Below, piece by piece: positions 1 through 8,698 of a stretch of 64,000 bases of DNA. The stretch covers positions 2,479,513-2,543,512 of the forward strand of contig OW818651.1 of NCBI GenBank assembly GCA_942492885.1, read 5' to 3'. The position numbers and the translations under genes are program-made. The notes below the pieces were generated by a model, which saw only the letters and a program-made list of their open reading frames with translations, was not told the origin of the DNA and ran no database searches. Position 1 is the stretch's first letter. Every line of letters begins with the position of its first letter. Source of the stretch: an uncultured Eubacteriales bacterium. Its GTDB lineage: Bacteria > Bacillota > Clostridia > Christensenellales > CAG-138.

Positions 1-49
1 AATATGGTTCATTATACCAACCGGCGTTGAGAAAGTAAACTCGCGCCAG

Positions 50-65
50 TGGCACAGCCTTTGCA
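50..65 (+). promoter_or_regulatory. sigma54-type -24/-12 promoter motif
   Basis: TGGCACAGCCTTTGCA matches TGGCAC-N5-TTGCW exactly and points toward the gene at 360. No enhancer-binding protein gene is in the window. Confidence 0.5.
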
Positions 66-359
66 GTCGGCGGCGGCAGCGCATATTGGAGGAGAGCAAA
101 CCGCATCCGTGAATCTTTCGCAGAACCCGGGAATGCGTATGGATTTTCGAAGGATTGGGAACGGATTGATTAAATGTATCTAGAATATAGATTGCCTATT
201 CTATCGCGGACATAATAATGATAATATAAGCTATCAAGTATCATCCGAATGTAATTTGAGAACACGACTCGATTTTAAAATCATTATCCGAACGAGACCC
301 GTTTACAGCAGAACAATTCGCAATAAAAACAAGAAAATTTGGACACGGGGGGTGGTTGA

Positions 360-2804
360 GTGCAGATCGCATTGAATCTGGTGTTGAATACCACCCTTTT
401 GTTGTCGATATGTATCATCTTCAACCAATTTTATCAAAAGCTGCATACCCAGAAAATCTGGTTTCGCATGATCGGTGGAGTCATTCTGGGCTTTGCCGGC
501 GTTGCCATCGTCACCATCGCAATCCGCCTGCCCAACGGCGTCATCTTTGACACGCGCTCAATTTTGCTCTGCGTCTCCGGCTTGTTTTACGGCGTGATAC
601 CGACCACCATCGCCGCGCTGATGATCGCGATCTATCGGCTCTTTCTCGGCGGCCCCGGTATGGTCACGGGCGTGGCGGTCACGCTCACTTCCGCCGCAAT
701 CGGCATCATCTGGCGCGCGCTGAGAAAAAACCCGGAGAAGATGCGGCACATCGAGTTTTATCTGCTCGGCGCAGCGACGCACATCGTCATGATACTGTGC
801 ATGCTGCTTCTTCCGCGGGCGGTGATTCTCCCCACGCTGGATACCATCGCCCTGCCCGTGCTGGTAATCTATCCGTTGGGTACGCTTGCCATGTGCCTGA
901 TCATCACCTATGAGCGCAAGAGCCTGCGCACGGAAAAGCTCCTGAGTGACAGCGAAATCCGCTTTCAAAAAGTCTGCGAACAGGCGCCCGTTGGCATCAT
1001 CGTCGAGAGTGCGGATGTGGTGACCTATGTCAACGGCGCGTTTGCCAATATGCTCGGCATGACGCAGGAGCAGATCAAAAGCGTCAGCTGGAAATCGTAT
1101 ACGCACCCCGAAGATCTGGACAAAGACCTCGCGCGTTTTGCGAGCATGCTCAAGGGCGAGATCGATCACTATGACCTCATCAAGCGATATATCCGGCCGT
1201 CCGGCGAAATTATCCGCGCGCATCTGTATGTTGCGATTTTAAACCGCGTCATACCATATGAAAAGAGCGACTATATCTGCATCACGCAGGACATCACGCA
1301 TGACTTTAACCGCGAGCAGGAGCTTCTGGAAAGCGAACGCAGGCACCGCGAAACATCCAGATTTTTAAGCACGATGCTCGATTCCATCCCCGACCATATC
1401 TTCTACAAAGATCAAAACGGCGTCTACCTCGGCTGCAACCACGCCTTTGAGCTGGCCTCCGGCATTAGCCGCACGCGGCTCATCGGTAAAAACGACTATG
1501 AGGTCTATGACCACGACACCGCAGAGCTATTCGTGGGCAAGGACGATCAGGTGCTCCGAAACCGGCAGGAGAACCGCACGGAGGAGACGATTGTCTACCC
1601 CGACGGGCGCGTGCTGATCACCGAGACGCTCAAAACCCCGTTTTTCAACGACGAGGGAGAGCTTTCAGGACTGATCGGCATAAGCCGCGACATCACGGAT
1701 CGCAAGAAGAAAGAGGATAAGATCGAGTACCTCAGCATTCACGACGTGATGACCGGCCTCTTTAGCCGCATGTATTTTGACACGGAGCTCTACCGTCTCG
1801 ACGCGGCAAACGACCTGCCGTATTCCGTCATCACAGGCGACATCAACGCGCTCAAACTCACCAACGACCTCTTTGGCCACAACGAAGGCGATCAGCTCAT
1901 CATGGAGACGGCGGCGCTGCTCAAGGCCTGCTGCGGACAGGGTATCGTCGCGCGGACGGGCGGGGATGAGTTTTCCGTGCTGCTGCCCAAGACCGGAGAA
2001 GAGGAGACCAAACGGCTCATCGGTCAGATCAATCAGGCGTTTGAAGCGCAGAAGAATCAATCACGCGAGCAGAATTTCTTCCTGAGCATCTCGCTGGGCT
2101 ACGCAACAAAAACGAGTGAAGAGAAGACCATCAGCGAAATTCTCAAGACCGCGGAAGAGCACATGTATAGAAGAAAGCTTTTAGAGCACCAGAGCATTCG
2201 AAGCACGCTGCTCTCCACGATCAAGGAACTCTTATTTTCCAAGAGCAACGAAACCATGGAGCACGCCGAGCGAATGGCGCTGCTGGCGCGGCAGATGGGC
2301 GCGGAGCTCACGCTCAGCGAAACCGACCTTGTCTCGCTGGAGCTTATGGCGACGCTGCACGACATCGGCAAAATCGGCATCAGCAACAGTGTGTTGAGCA
2401 AACCCGGCAAGCTTGAGGAGATCGAATGGACCGAGATCCGGCGGCATCCGGAGATTGGCTATCGCATCGCGTTGACGATTCCGGAGCTGCAGGGCATCGC
2501 GGGATACATCCTCTGCCATCATGAGCGCTGGGACGGAACAGGTTATCCGCAGGGGCTCAGCGGCGAGGAGATCCCCTATATCTCCCGCATCATCGCCGTT
2601 GTCGATGCGTTTGACGCGATGACGCAGGATCGCCCGTATCGAAACGGAATGTCCGGCCAAGCGGCGGCGGAGGAGATCATCCGCCATGCGGGCAAGCAGT
2701 TTGACCCCGCGGTCTCGCGCGTGTTCATCGAGCGCGTGCTGGGTCTTGCGTTTGTCTTACCGGAGGCGGTGCAAGCGGACGGCAGCGCCTCGGAAAAAGG
2801 TTGA
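360..2804 (+). CDS. Membrane-anchored (LytS/5TM-type) PAS-PAS-GGDEF-HD-GYP diguanylate cyclase/phosphodiesterase
   Basis: GTG start; about 185 hydrophobic N-terminal aa with DTRSI motif; two PAS/PAC segments; RTGGDEF; HDIGKIG, HHERWDGTGYP and RPYR motifs. Confidence 0.9.
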   Translation: MQIALNLVLNTTLLLSICIIFNQFYQKLHTQKIWFRMIGGVILGFAGVAIVTIAIRLPNGVIFDTRSILLCVSGLFYGVIPTTIAALMIAIYRLFLGGPGMVTGVAVTLTSAAIGIIWRALRKNPEKMRHIEFYLLGAATHIVMILCMLLLPRAVILPTLDTIALPVLVIYPLGTLAMCLIITYERKSLRTEKLLSDSEIRFQKVCEQAPVGIIVESADVVTYVNGAFANMLGMTQEQIKSVSWKSYTHPEDLDKDLARFASMLKGEIDHYDLIKRYIRPSGEIIRAHLYVAILNRVIPYEKSDYICITQDITHDFNREQELLESERRHRETSRFLSTMLDSIPDHIFYKDQNGVYLGCNHAFELASGISRTRLIGKNDYEVYDHDTAELFVGKDDQVLRNRQENRTEETIVYPDGRVLITETLKTPFFNDEGELSGLIGISRDITDRKKKEDKIEYLSIHDVMTGLFSRMYFDTELYRLDAANDLPYSVITGDINALKLTNDLFGHNEGDQLIMETAALLKACCGQGIVARTGGDEFSVLLPKTGEEETKRLIGQINQAFEAQKNQSREQNFFLSISLGYATKTSEEKTISEILKTAEEHMYRRKLLEHQSIRSTLLSTIKELLFSKSNETMEHAERMALLARQMGAELTLSETDLVSLELMATLHDIGKIGISNSVLSKPGKLEEIEWTEIRRHPEIGYRIALTIPELQGIAGYILCHHERWDGTGYPQGLSGEEIPYISRIIAVVDAFDAMTQDRPYRNGMSGQAAAEEIIRHAGKQFDPAVSRVFIERVLGLAFVLPEAVQADGSASEKG

Positions 2805-2807
2805 CCC

Positions 2808-3320
2808 ATGCCGCTGGAGATCGTGAGAAACGACATCACACGCATGCGCGTAGACGCCATCGTAAACGCCGCAAACGAGCAGCTTGCGCAGGGCGGCGGT
2901 GTCTGCGGGGCAATCTTCGCCGCGGCTGGCGCAAAGGAACTCACCCGTGCTTGCGACGAGATCGGCTTTTGCAACACCGGAGCAGCCGTGATCACGCCCG
3001 GCTTTGCGCTTGCCGCAAAATACATCATCCACACGGTGGGTCCTGTCTGGCGGGGCGGAAACGCGGGCGAGACGGAACTGCTTGCCGCGTGCTATGACCA
3101 TTCGCTTGCCTTGGCAACTGCGCACGGGATTAAAAGCATCGCCTTTCCGCTGATCTCCGCGGGCATCTACGGGGTTCCAAAGGACGTCGCGCTACGGATT
3201 GCCATCACGCAGATCAATCGTTTTCTGGAGCATAGCGAAATGGAAGTCTATCTCGTTCTGTTTGACCCCGCGGACTTGCCGCTGGCAAATGCAATAAAGA
3301 AACAGATCGAGAATAAATAA
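2808..3320 (+). CDS. Macrodomain protein (MacroD/YmdB-like ADP-ribose-binding hydrolase)
   Basis: DITRMRVDAIVNAAN, GGGVCGAIF, IIHTVGP and FPLISAGIYG motifs. Confidence 0.92.
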   Translation: MPLEIVRNDITRMRVDAIVNAANEQLAQGGGVCGAIFAAAGAKELTRACDEIGFCNTGAAVITPGFALAAKYIIHTVGPVWRGGNAGETELLAACYDHSLALATAHGIKSIAFPLISAGIYGVPKDVALRIAITQINRFLEHSEMEVYLVLFDPADLPLANAIKKQIENK

Positions 3321-3389
3321 AGTAAGACAATCGGAAAACCGCGAGACAAGAGAAATCTAAAAAAGTCTCACTTATTTGAATCATTCGAC

Positions 3390-3430
3390 AAAAAATGCAC
3401 CGTGCAACTACTGCGCGGTGCATTTTTTTT
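3390..3430. terminator. Bidirectional intrinsic terminator
   Basis: A6-tgcaccgtgca...gcgcggtgca-T run between convergent genes. Confidence 0.8.
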
Positions 3431-3491
3431 GTAAGCTGTTACTTGTGGCGAAATCGTTTCAGGTTCACCTAGCTTCATTAAGAAAGAAGTA

Positions 3492-4889
3492 TTACTTTTT
3501 TGCAACCTTCTCTTGGTTGATGATGCCGCCAAAAGCGGTGCGCAGGCAGATTCGAATATCCAGCCACAGCGTCCAGTGCTCAATATACCAGATATCGTGC
3601 TTCACGCGCTCTTCAATCGAAGTGTCCCCGCGATAGCCGTTCACCTGTGCCCAACCGGTGATGCCGGGGCGCACAAGGTGCTTGAGCATATACAGCGGCA
3701 CGGTCTCCTGAAATTGCTCCACATAGTGCGGAATCTCCGGCCGTGGGCCGATCAGGCTCATATCCCCCTTGAGCACGTTGAAAAACTGCGGCAACTCGTC
3801 GATGCTCGTCTTTCGCATCAGGCTGCCAAAGCGCGTTTTGCGCGGGTCGTCGTTCTTGGTCCAGCCGGTGCCCTCCTGCGCGTTGACGCGCATGGAGCGG
3901 AACTTATACATCTGAAAGAGGCGCTTGTTTTTGCCCACGCGCGTCTGCTTAAAGATGATCGGTCCCGGGCTGGAGAGCAACGTGCCGATGACGGCAAAGA
4001 GCATCACGGGGCTGGTGATCACGATGAAAACCAGCGAGGAAACGATGTCAAACAGGCGCTTGAACACCGCGTTGCCGGGAAAATCTAGCGGCGTGGTGCG
4101 CAGGCTTAAGAGCTTGCATTCGCCGATGGATTGTATCGTCGTGCTCGCGGGAATATAGTCGTTGTAATGCGGAATAATGGAGACCTTGGTGCCGTATTTC
4201 TCGGTTGCGGCGATGACCTGCGGAAGTAGCGTCGCCTGCTCAAGCTCCAGCGCGACGACAACCTCGTCAATACCCGGCGAAGCGAGCAGCTCGCTACCGT
4301 GGCTCGTCCAGTCGCCAAGGCAGGGCAGGTCGTCGATGGCGCTGGCGCTTCCGATATAGCCGTCGATCGTGTACCCGAACTGCGGCGCGGCTGCAATCGT
4401 CTGTGCGTATTTTTGTGCGAGAGCGCCGCTGCCGATCAGCACGACATGCTTGAGGTTGTAGCCTTTACTTCTATAGCGCGAGAGCACGACGCGCACGAGC
4501 ATGCGCTTGACCAGGATGAGCGCGCTCGCGAGCACGTAGAAGAGCGCGAGCGCCGCGCGTGAAAACTCAGTCAGGCGCAGCAGATAGAGCAGCGCGCCGA
4601 CGCCGAGAACCGTGACCGCGTTGACGAACAGCACCCACTTGACGTCGAAGCTGAAAGGCTTGCCGCGGATGGAATCGTAGAGCTTGGCGAGCTGATAGCC
4701 AAACACCCCCGCCACCGAAAACGCGAGCGCAAACCAGAACAGGTTGTTTGCCAGCAAGGCGGGGTTTTGCGGGTCGTGTCGCACGACGAGCAGCCAAAAA
4801 CAAGTGGCGCCATAATAAGACAAACCCACGATGAAAAAGTCAATCATCCGATTGATCTGATTTAATACGCGCTGCCATCTTCTAATCAT
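3492..4889 (-). CDS. wcaJ: Undecaprenyl-phosphate sugar phosphotransferase (WcaJ/CpsE-type priming glycosyltransferase)
   Basis: N-terminal TM helices, CoA-binding-like middle domain, C-terminal KRLFDI, YKFRSM, RKTSIDELPQFFNVLKGDMSLIGPRPE, PGITGWAQVNG. Confidence 0.9.
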   Translation of the reverse strand: MIRRWQRVLNQINRMIDFFIVGLSYYGATCFWLLVVRHDPQNPALLANNLFWFALAFSVAGVFGYQLAKLYDSIRGKPFSFDVKWVLFVNAVTVLGVGALLYLLRLTEFSRAALALFYVLASALILVKRMLVRVVLSRYRSKGYNLKHVVLIGSGALAQKYAQTIAAAPQFGYTIDGYIGSASAIDDLPCLGDWTSHGSELLASPGIDEVVVALELEQATLLPQVIAATEKYGTKVSIIPHYNDYIPASTTIQSIGECKLLSLRTTPLDFPGNAVFKRLFDIVSSLVFIVITSPVMLFAVIGTLLSSPGPIIFKQTRVGKNKRLFQMYKFRSMRVNAQEGTGWTKNDDPRKTRFGSLMRKTSIDELPQFFNVLKGDMSLIGPRPEIPHYVEQFQETVPLYMLKHLVRPGITGWAQVNGYRGDTSIEERVKHDIWYIEHWTLWLDIRICLRTAFGGIINQEKVAKK

Positions 4890-5389
4890 GATACACCTAT
4901 TGTTTTCTGCTTATTCTATCAAACACTGCCGCGCTCAAACCTACTGAGCGCGTACCCATTGCTGTAGGCTCTTGATCAATATCTTACGCACTTGTTGTTC
5001 AATCGTCAACACTGCATATGAAACACGGAGCCTAAAACTGTCATACCGGAGGAAAGCAAATAGGATCAAAATCAATGCGTATCCGCACAGCAGTCGTAAC
5101 ATTGCGGATAACTAGTTAGCTGTTGAAACGAATGCCGTCAGTCAGAAGGATCAAACAAGATTGAGTGTTGATGACGCGACGAAGTATAGCTCTTGCGGGA
5201 AGTTTTCGGTGCGATTTTCCAATCAATATGGTGATGAAAATATGTACATTTTCGCAAAAAACACTCGCGGCTGGGCGAAAGATAGAGTATGATAGTCTGG
5301 ATATTGTGAAACCAGCGCGCCGTATGAAAGACAGATCAAATAGATTGACACGGCAGGAGCGGCGCAGCAACAGAGGAGGAACGATTTTT

Positions 5390-6220
5390 TTGGATGCAAC
5401 GTTAAAAAAGCGGTTGGAGCGCTTCGCGCTTGAAATCCGCATCGGCGTGCTGGAGCAGATGAAGGCGCGCGGGTTCGGCCACGTTGGCGGCTCGCTGAGC
5501 ATAACGGACGCGCTTGCTGTGTTATACGGCAGCCAGATGCGCTTTGACCCCAAGAATCCGGATTGGGCAGAGCGGGATAAGCTCGTCTGCTCCAAGGGCC
5601 ACGCGGGTCCCGCGGTCTATGCGGCGCTTGCGATCTCCGGCTTTTTCCCTTATGAAATGCTCAAGACGCTCAACCAGCCCGGCACCAGCCTGCCGAGCCA
5701 TTGCGACCGCAACAAGACGCCGGGCGTGGATATGACCACCGGCTCGCTTGGCCAAGGCACGAGCCTTGCCTGCGGCATGGCGTTTGGCGAGCGGCTACGC
5801 GGACGGGACGCGAGGGTATTCCTCGTCGTGGGCGACGGCGAAGCAAACGAAGGTCAGGTCTGGGAAGCATGCATGTTTGCCGCGGCAAAGAAGCTGAGCA
5901 ATCTTGTGCTGCTACTCGACGTCAACGGCAAACAGCTCGACGGCTGCACGAAGGATATCCTCGATACGCTGGATCTTTCGGCGAAAGTGCAGGCGTTTGG
6001 GTTTGACACCGTCACCATCGACGGCAACGATATTGAGGCGGTCTACAACGCGCTGGAGCGCACGAGAAACGGCGGGGACAAACCCTACGCAATCGTGCTC
6101 AACACCGTCAAGGGCAAGGGCGTTGCCGCGGTGGAGCAGGCAAAGAGCAACCACAGCATGGCGGTTTCTACCGAGCAGTGGAACGAATGGCTGCTCTCAC
6201 TCACGGCGCAGCTGGATTAA
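5390..6220 (+). CDS. Transketolase, N-terminal (TPP-binding) subunit
   Basis: GHVGGSLS, SKGHAGP, TGSLGQG, GDGEANEG motifs. TTG start at 5390 behind GAGGAGG chosen over the 5165 ORF start. Confidence 0.9.
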   Translation: MDATLKKRLERFALEIRIGVLEQMKARGFGHVGGSLSITDALAVLYGSQMRFDPKNPDWAERDKLVCSKGHAGPAVYAALAISGFFPYEMLKTLNQPGTSLPSHCDRNKTPGVDMTTGSLGQGTSLACGMAFGERLRGRDARVFLVVGDGEANEGQVWEACMFAAAKKLSNLVLLLDVNGKQLDGCTKDILDTLDLSAKVQAFGFDTVTIDGNDIEAVYNALERTRNGGDKPYAIVLNTVKGKGVAAVEQAKSNHSMAVSTEQWNEWLLSLTAQLD

Positions 6221-6235
6221 GGGGGGAATAATAGT

Positions 6236-7189
6236 ATGGAACTCATTTACGACGGAAGCATGGATTCCCGCCTGTTTAAGGATATTCTGGGCAAGACCAT
6301 CCGCGAACTCAGCGAACAGGACAACGACTTTATCTATCTCGACGCGGACTTGATGAGCTGCATCGGCACCAGCGCTTGGGCTTGCGAAAACCCGGAGCGC
6401 GGCGTGAACTGCGGCATTTCCGAAGCGAACATGATCGGCGTTGCGTGCGGCCTTGCCGCAACCGGCTTTAAGCCCGTTGTGCATACGTTTGGCCCGTTTG
6501 CCTCCCGCCGCGTGTTTGACCAGGTGTTTCTTTCCGCGGGGTATGCTAAAAACGACATCACCGTCATCGGCACCGACCCGGGCGTGACGGCAACCTTCAA
6601 CGGCGGCACGCACATGCCGTTTGAAGATATTGCGCTGTATCGCACCATCCCGACGGCGACGGTGATCGACATCACCGATGTACCGATGCTCATCAGCGTA
6701 CTCAAACAGTGCAAAGATCGGCCGGGTGTGAAATACATCCGCGTGGGTAGAAAGAACGCAGCAAAGGTGTTTGCAGATGGGATGGAGACGCCGATTGGCC
6801 CCGCAATCACCCTCCGCGAAGGCAAGGATGTCGCAATCTTTGCCAGCGGCATCATGGTGCACGAGGCGATGCAGGCGGCAAACAAGCTAGCAGAAAGCGG
6901 CATCGAGGCCGCGGTGGTCAACTTCTTTACCATCAAGCCGCTCGATACCGAGACGGTCAAACAATACGCCAAGCAGTGCAAGAATATCGTGGTGGCGGAA
7001 AACCACAGCCGCATCGGCGGGCTCTACAGCGCAGTTTGCGAAACCCTCGCGCGCGAGAACACCGCCCGCATCGACGTGGTCGCGGTCAACGACGAATACG
7101 GCGAGGTCGGACCGCAGGATTATCTGCAAAAGCGCTTTGGACTCACGGCGGAGCACATCGTCGAAACGGCGACGGCGTTGGTCAAATAA
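6236..7189 (+). CDS. Transketolase, C-terminal (pyrimidine-binding) subunit
   Basis: LDADL, GISEANMIG, GGTHMPFED, AENHSRIGGL motifs; 15 nt downstream of the N-terminal subunit. Confidence 0.9.
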   Translation: MELIYDGSMDSRLFKDILGKTIRELSEQDNDFIYLDADLMSCIGTSAWACENPERGVNCGISEANMIGVACGLAATGFKPVVHTFGPFASRRVFDQVFLSAGYAKNDITVIGTDPGVTATFNGGTHMPFEDIALYRTIPTATVIDITDVPMLISVLKQCKDRPGVKYIRVGRKNAAKVFADGMETPIGPAITLREGKDVAIFASGIMVHEAMQAANKLAESGIEAAVVNFFTIKPLDTETVKQYAKQCKNIVVAENHSRIGGLYSAVCETLARENTARIDVVAVNDEYGEVGPQDYLQKRFGLTAEHIVETATALVK

Positions 7190-7218
7190 CGACCGCCGTT
7201 TTCAGCAATCATGTGAAC

Positions 7219-7254
7219 AAGAGGGGGATGCGTCAATGCGCTCTCCCCTCTTTT
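7219..7254 (+). terminator. Intrinsic terminator
   Basis: aagaggggga...tctcccctc-tttt hairpin after the transketolase pair. Confidence 0.75.
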
Positions 7255-7385
7255 GCATTTGCTAGATTCACATGGACACGATTCTATGGCAAACATGTTG
7301 CATATGCATTCGATTTGGCATATTCTGTCTGTAATGGCAATGTAGCAGTATGGGCTGGATAAAAAATCATCACAGGAGAGAGAGC

Positions 7386-7661
7386 ATGGAGTTTCAAATC
7401 ACCGAAGGACGCATTTTTTACCTCGACGAACAACAGGCGGTGCTTGCGGAAGCGACCTACGCCCCGGTGCGCGCGGGCGTGGTGGATATCAACCACACCT
7501 ATGTCAGCCCCGTGCTGCGCGGGCAGGGCATCGCAGGACAGCTCATGGAACTTCTGGCAAACGAACTGCGCAAGCAGAACCTCAAGGCCGTCGCATCCTG
7601 TTCTTATGCGGAAGTATGGCTGGAGCGCAACCGCGCGGCATATGCCGATATTATCGCCTAA
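7386..7661 (+). CDS. Small GNAT acetyltransferase-like protein (YjdJ-like)
   Basis: INHTYVSPVLRGQGIAGQL and CSYA motifs; ATG at 7386 behind AGGAG. Confidence 0.85.
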   Translation: MEFQITEGRIFYLDEQQAVLAEATYAPVRAGVVDINHTYVSPVLRGQGIAGQLMELLANELRKQNLKAVASCSYAEVWLERNRAAYADIIA

Positions 7662-7849
7662 GTTGGCGAACGCCTCGCGTTTTGCGCGCGGGATGATCGA
7701 GTAAACAGAGAAGCCGCTGCATAACCGTTCGCATTATGAGGAGCCGCTACGCATATATGCAGGTGCTATATTATATGAACGAACTTTAAATTCGCAGCGC
7801 AAAATGCATGAAAACAGCAGTTTAGACACCCGAATATACACTCGATGTG

Positions 7850-7879
7850 TTGACAGTGTATTGCGAACAATACTACAAT
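7850..7879 (+). promoter_or_regulatory. sigmaA-type promoter with internal palindrome
   Basis: TTGACA-18-TACAAT; the spacer contains GTATTG-cgaa-CAATAC. Confidence 0.55.
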
Positions 7880-8010
7880 TAGTTCAGGTTACATTGTGAC
7901 CTGGCCAGCGGGTGAAGCATCGCTTCTTAAAAGTCATTGTTTTCGGCCTTACTTTCGCGTTTTTTGTGGATTCACCCAGCGAAGGCCGGGGGAGATCAGA
8001 GGTCTACTGC

Positions 8011-8592
8011 ATGCGGCAATCGGGTGCATATATACCGGACGACGATCCGGCGGACAGCGGAGCATACGATTCCTATGCGCGCCCGCGCAGGCATTCCGGC
8101 ATCGGAAAAGTCCTGCTCGGCGTATGCGTCACGCTCCTGCTTGTTGCGGCACTTGCGCTGTTATACATCCGCCAATACACCGTGACCGGGGTTTCTATGG
8201 AGCCCACGCTGATGGCGGGAGACCGCGTATTCTACGTCGGTTTCTCAGGTGCAGACTACGGCGATCTGATCATATTCGACGCGGGCGATGTCTACGGACT
8301 TGTGGTCAAGCGCGTTGCGGGGCTGCCGGGGGATCGCATCGAGATCACGGCGGACGGACACCTGCTGCGAAACGGCGAAGAGATCGAAGAAGACTATCTG
8401 ATTTTGGATTCTCTCGGCAACAGCGGCTTGGCACAGATCACCGTCGAAAGCGGGAAGCTGTTCGTCCTTGGTGACAACCGCGCGGCGTCGATCGACAGCA
8501 GAGATGTGCGCGTGGGTCAGATCAACAGCACGTCTGTCCGCGGCGTGGTCACGACGATGCTGCGGGACACGGTGCCGTCGAATAAAAAATAA
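8011..8592 (+). CDS. lepB: Signal peptidase I
   Basis: One TM helix, then GVSMEPTL (catalytic Ser), VKRVAGLPGD (Lys), GDNRAASIDSR. ATG 8011 with SD preferred over 7912. Confidence 0.9.
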   Translation: MRQSGAYIPDDDPADSGAYDSYARPRRHSGIGKVLLGVCVTLLLVAALALLYIRQYTVTGVSMEPTLMAGDRVFYVGFSGADYGDLIIFDAGDVYGLVVKRVAGLPGDRIEITADGHLLRNGEEIEEDYLILDSLGNSGLAQITVESGKLFVLGDNRAASIDSRDVRVGQINSTSVRGVVTTMLRDTVPSNKK

Positions 8593-8601
8593 GCAATTAT
8601 T

Positions 8602-8683
8602 CTTATAGTTTTTTTTAGATAAGTATATCGGCTCATCAAACTTATAGATTTTTATATTTAGATAAGTATATCGGCTCATCAAA
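8602..8683. repeat. Imperfect intergenic tandem duplication (39 + 43 bp)
   Basis: TTTAGATAAGTATATCGGCTCATCAAA is identical at 8614-8640 and 8657-8683; each unit begins CTTATAG. Confidence 0.9.
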
Positions 8684-8698
8684 GGATCATCAAACAAG

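Noticed and set aside
88-145. AGCAAACC resembling an A20 (cGAMP-type) GEMM start
   Set aside because: No GNRA-capped P2, no GCAAAG junction and no P3.
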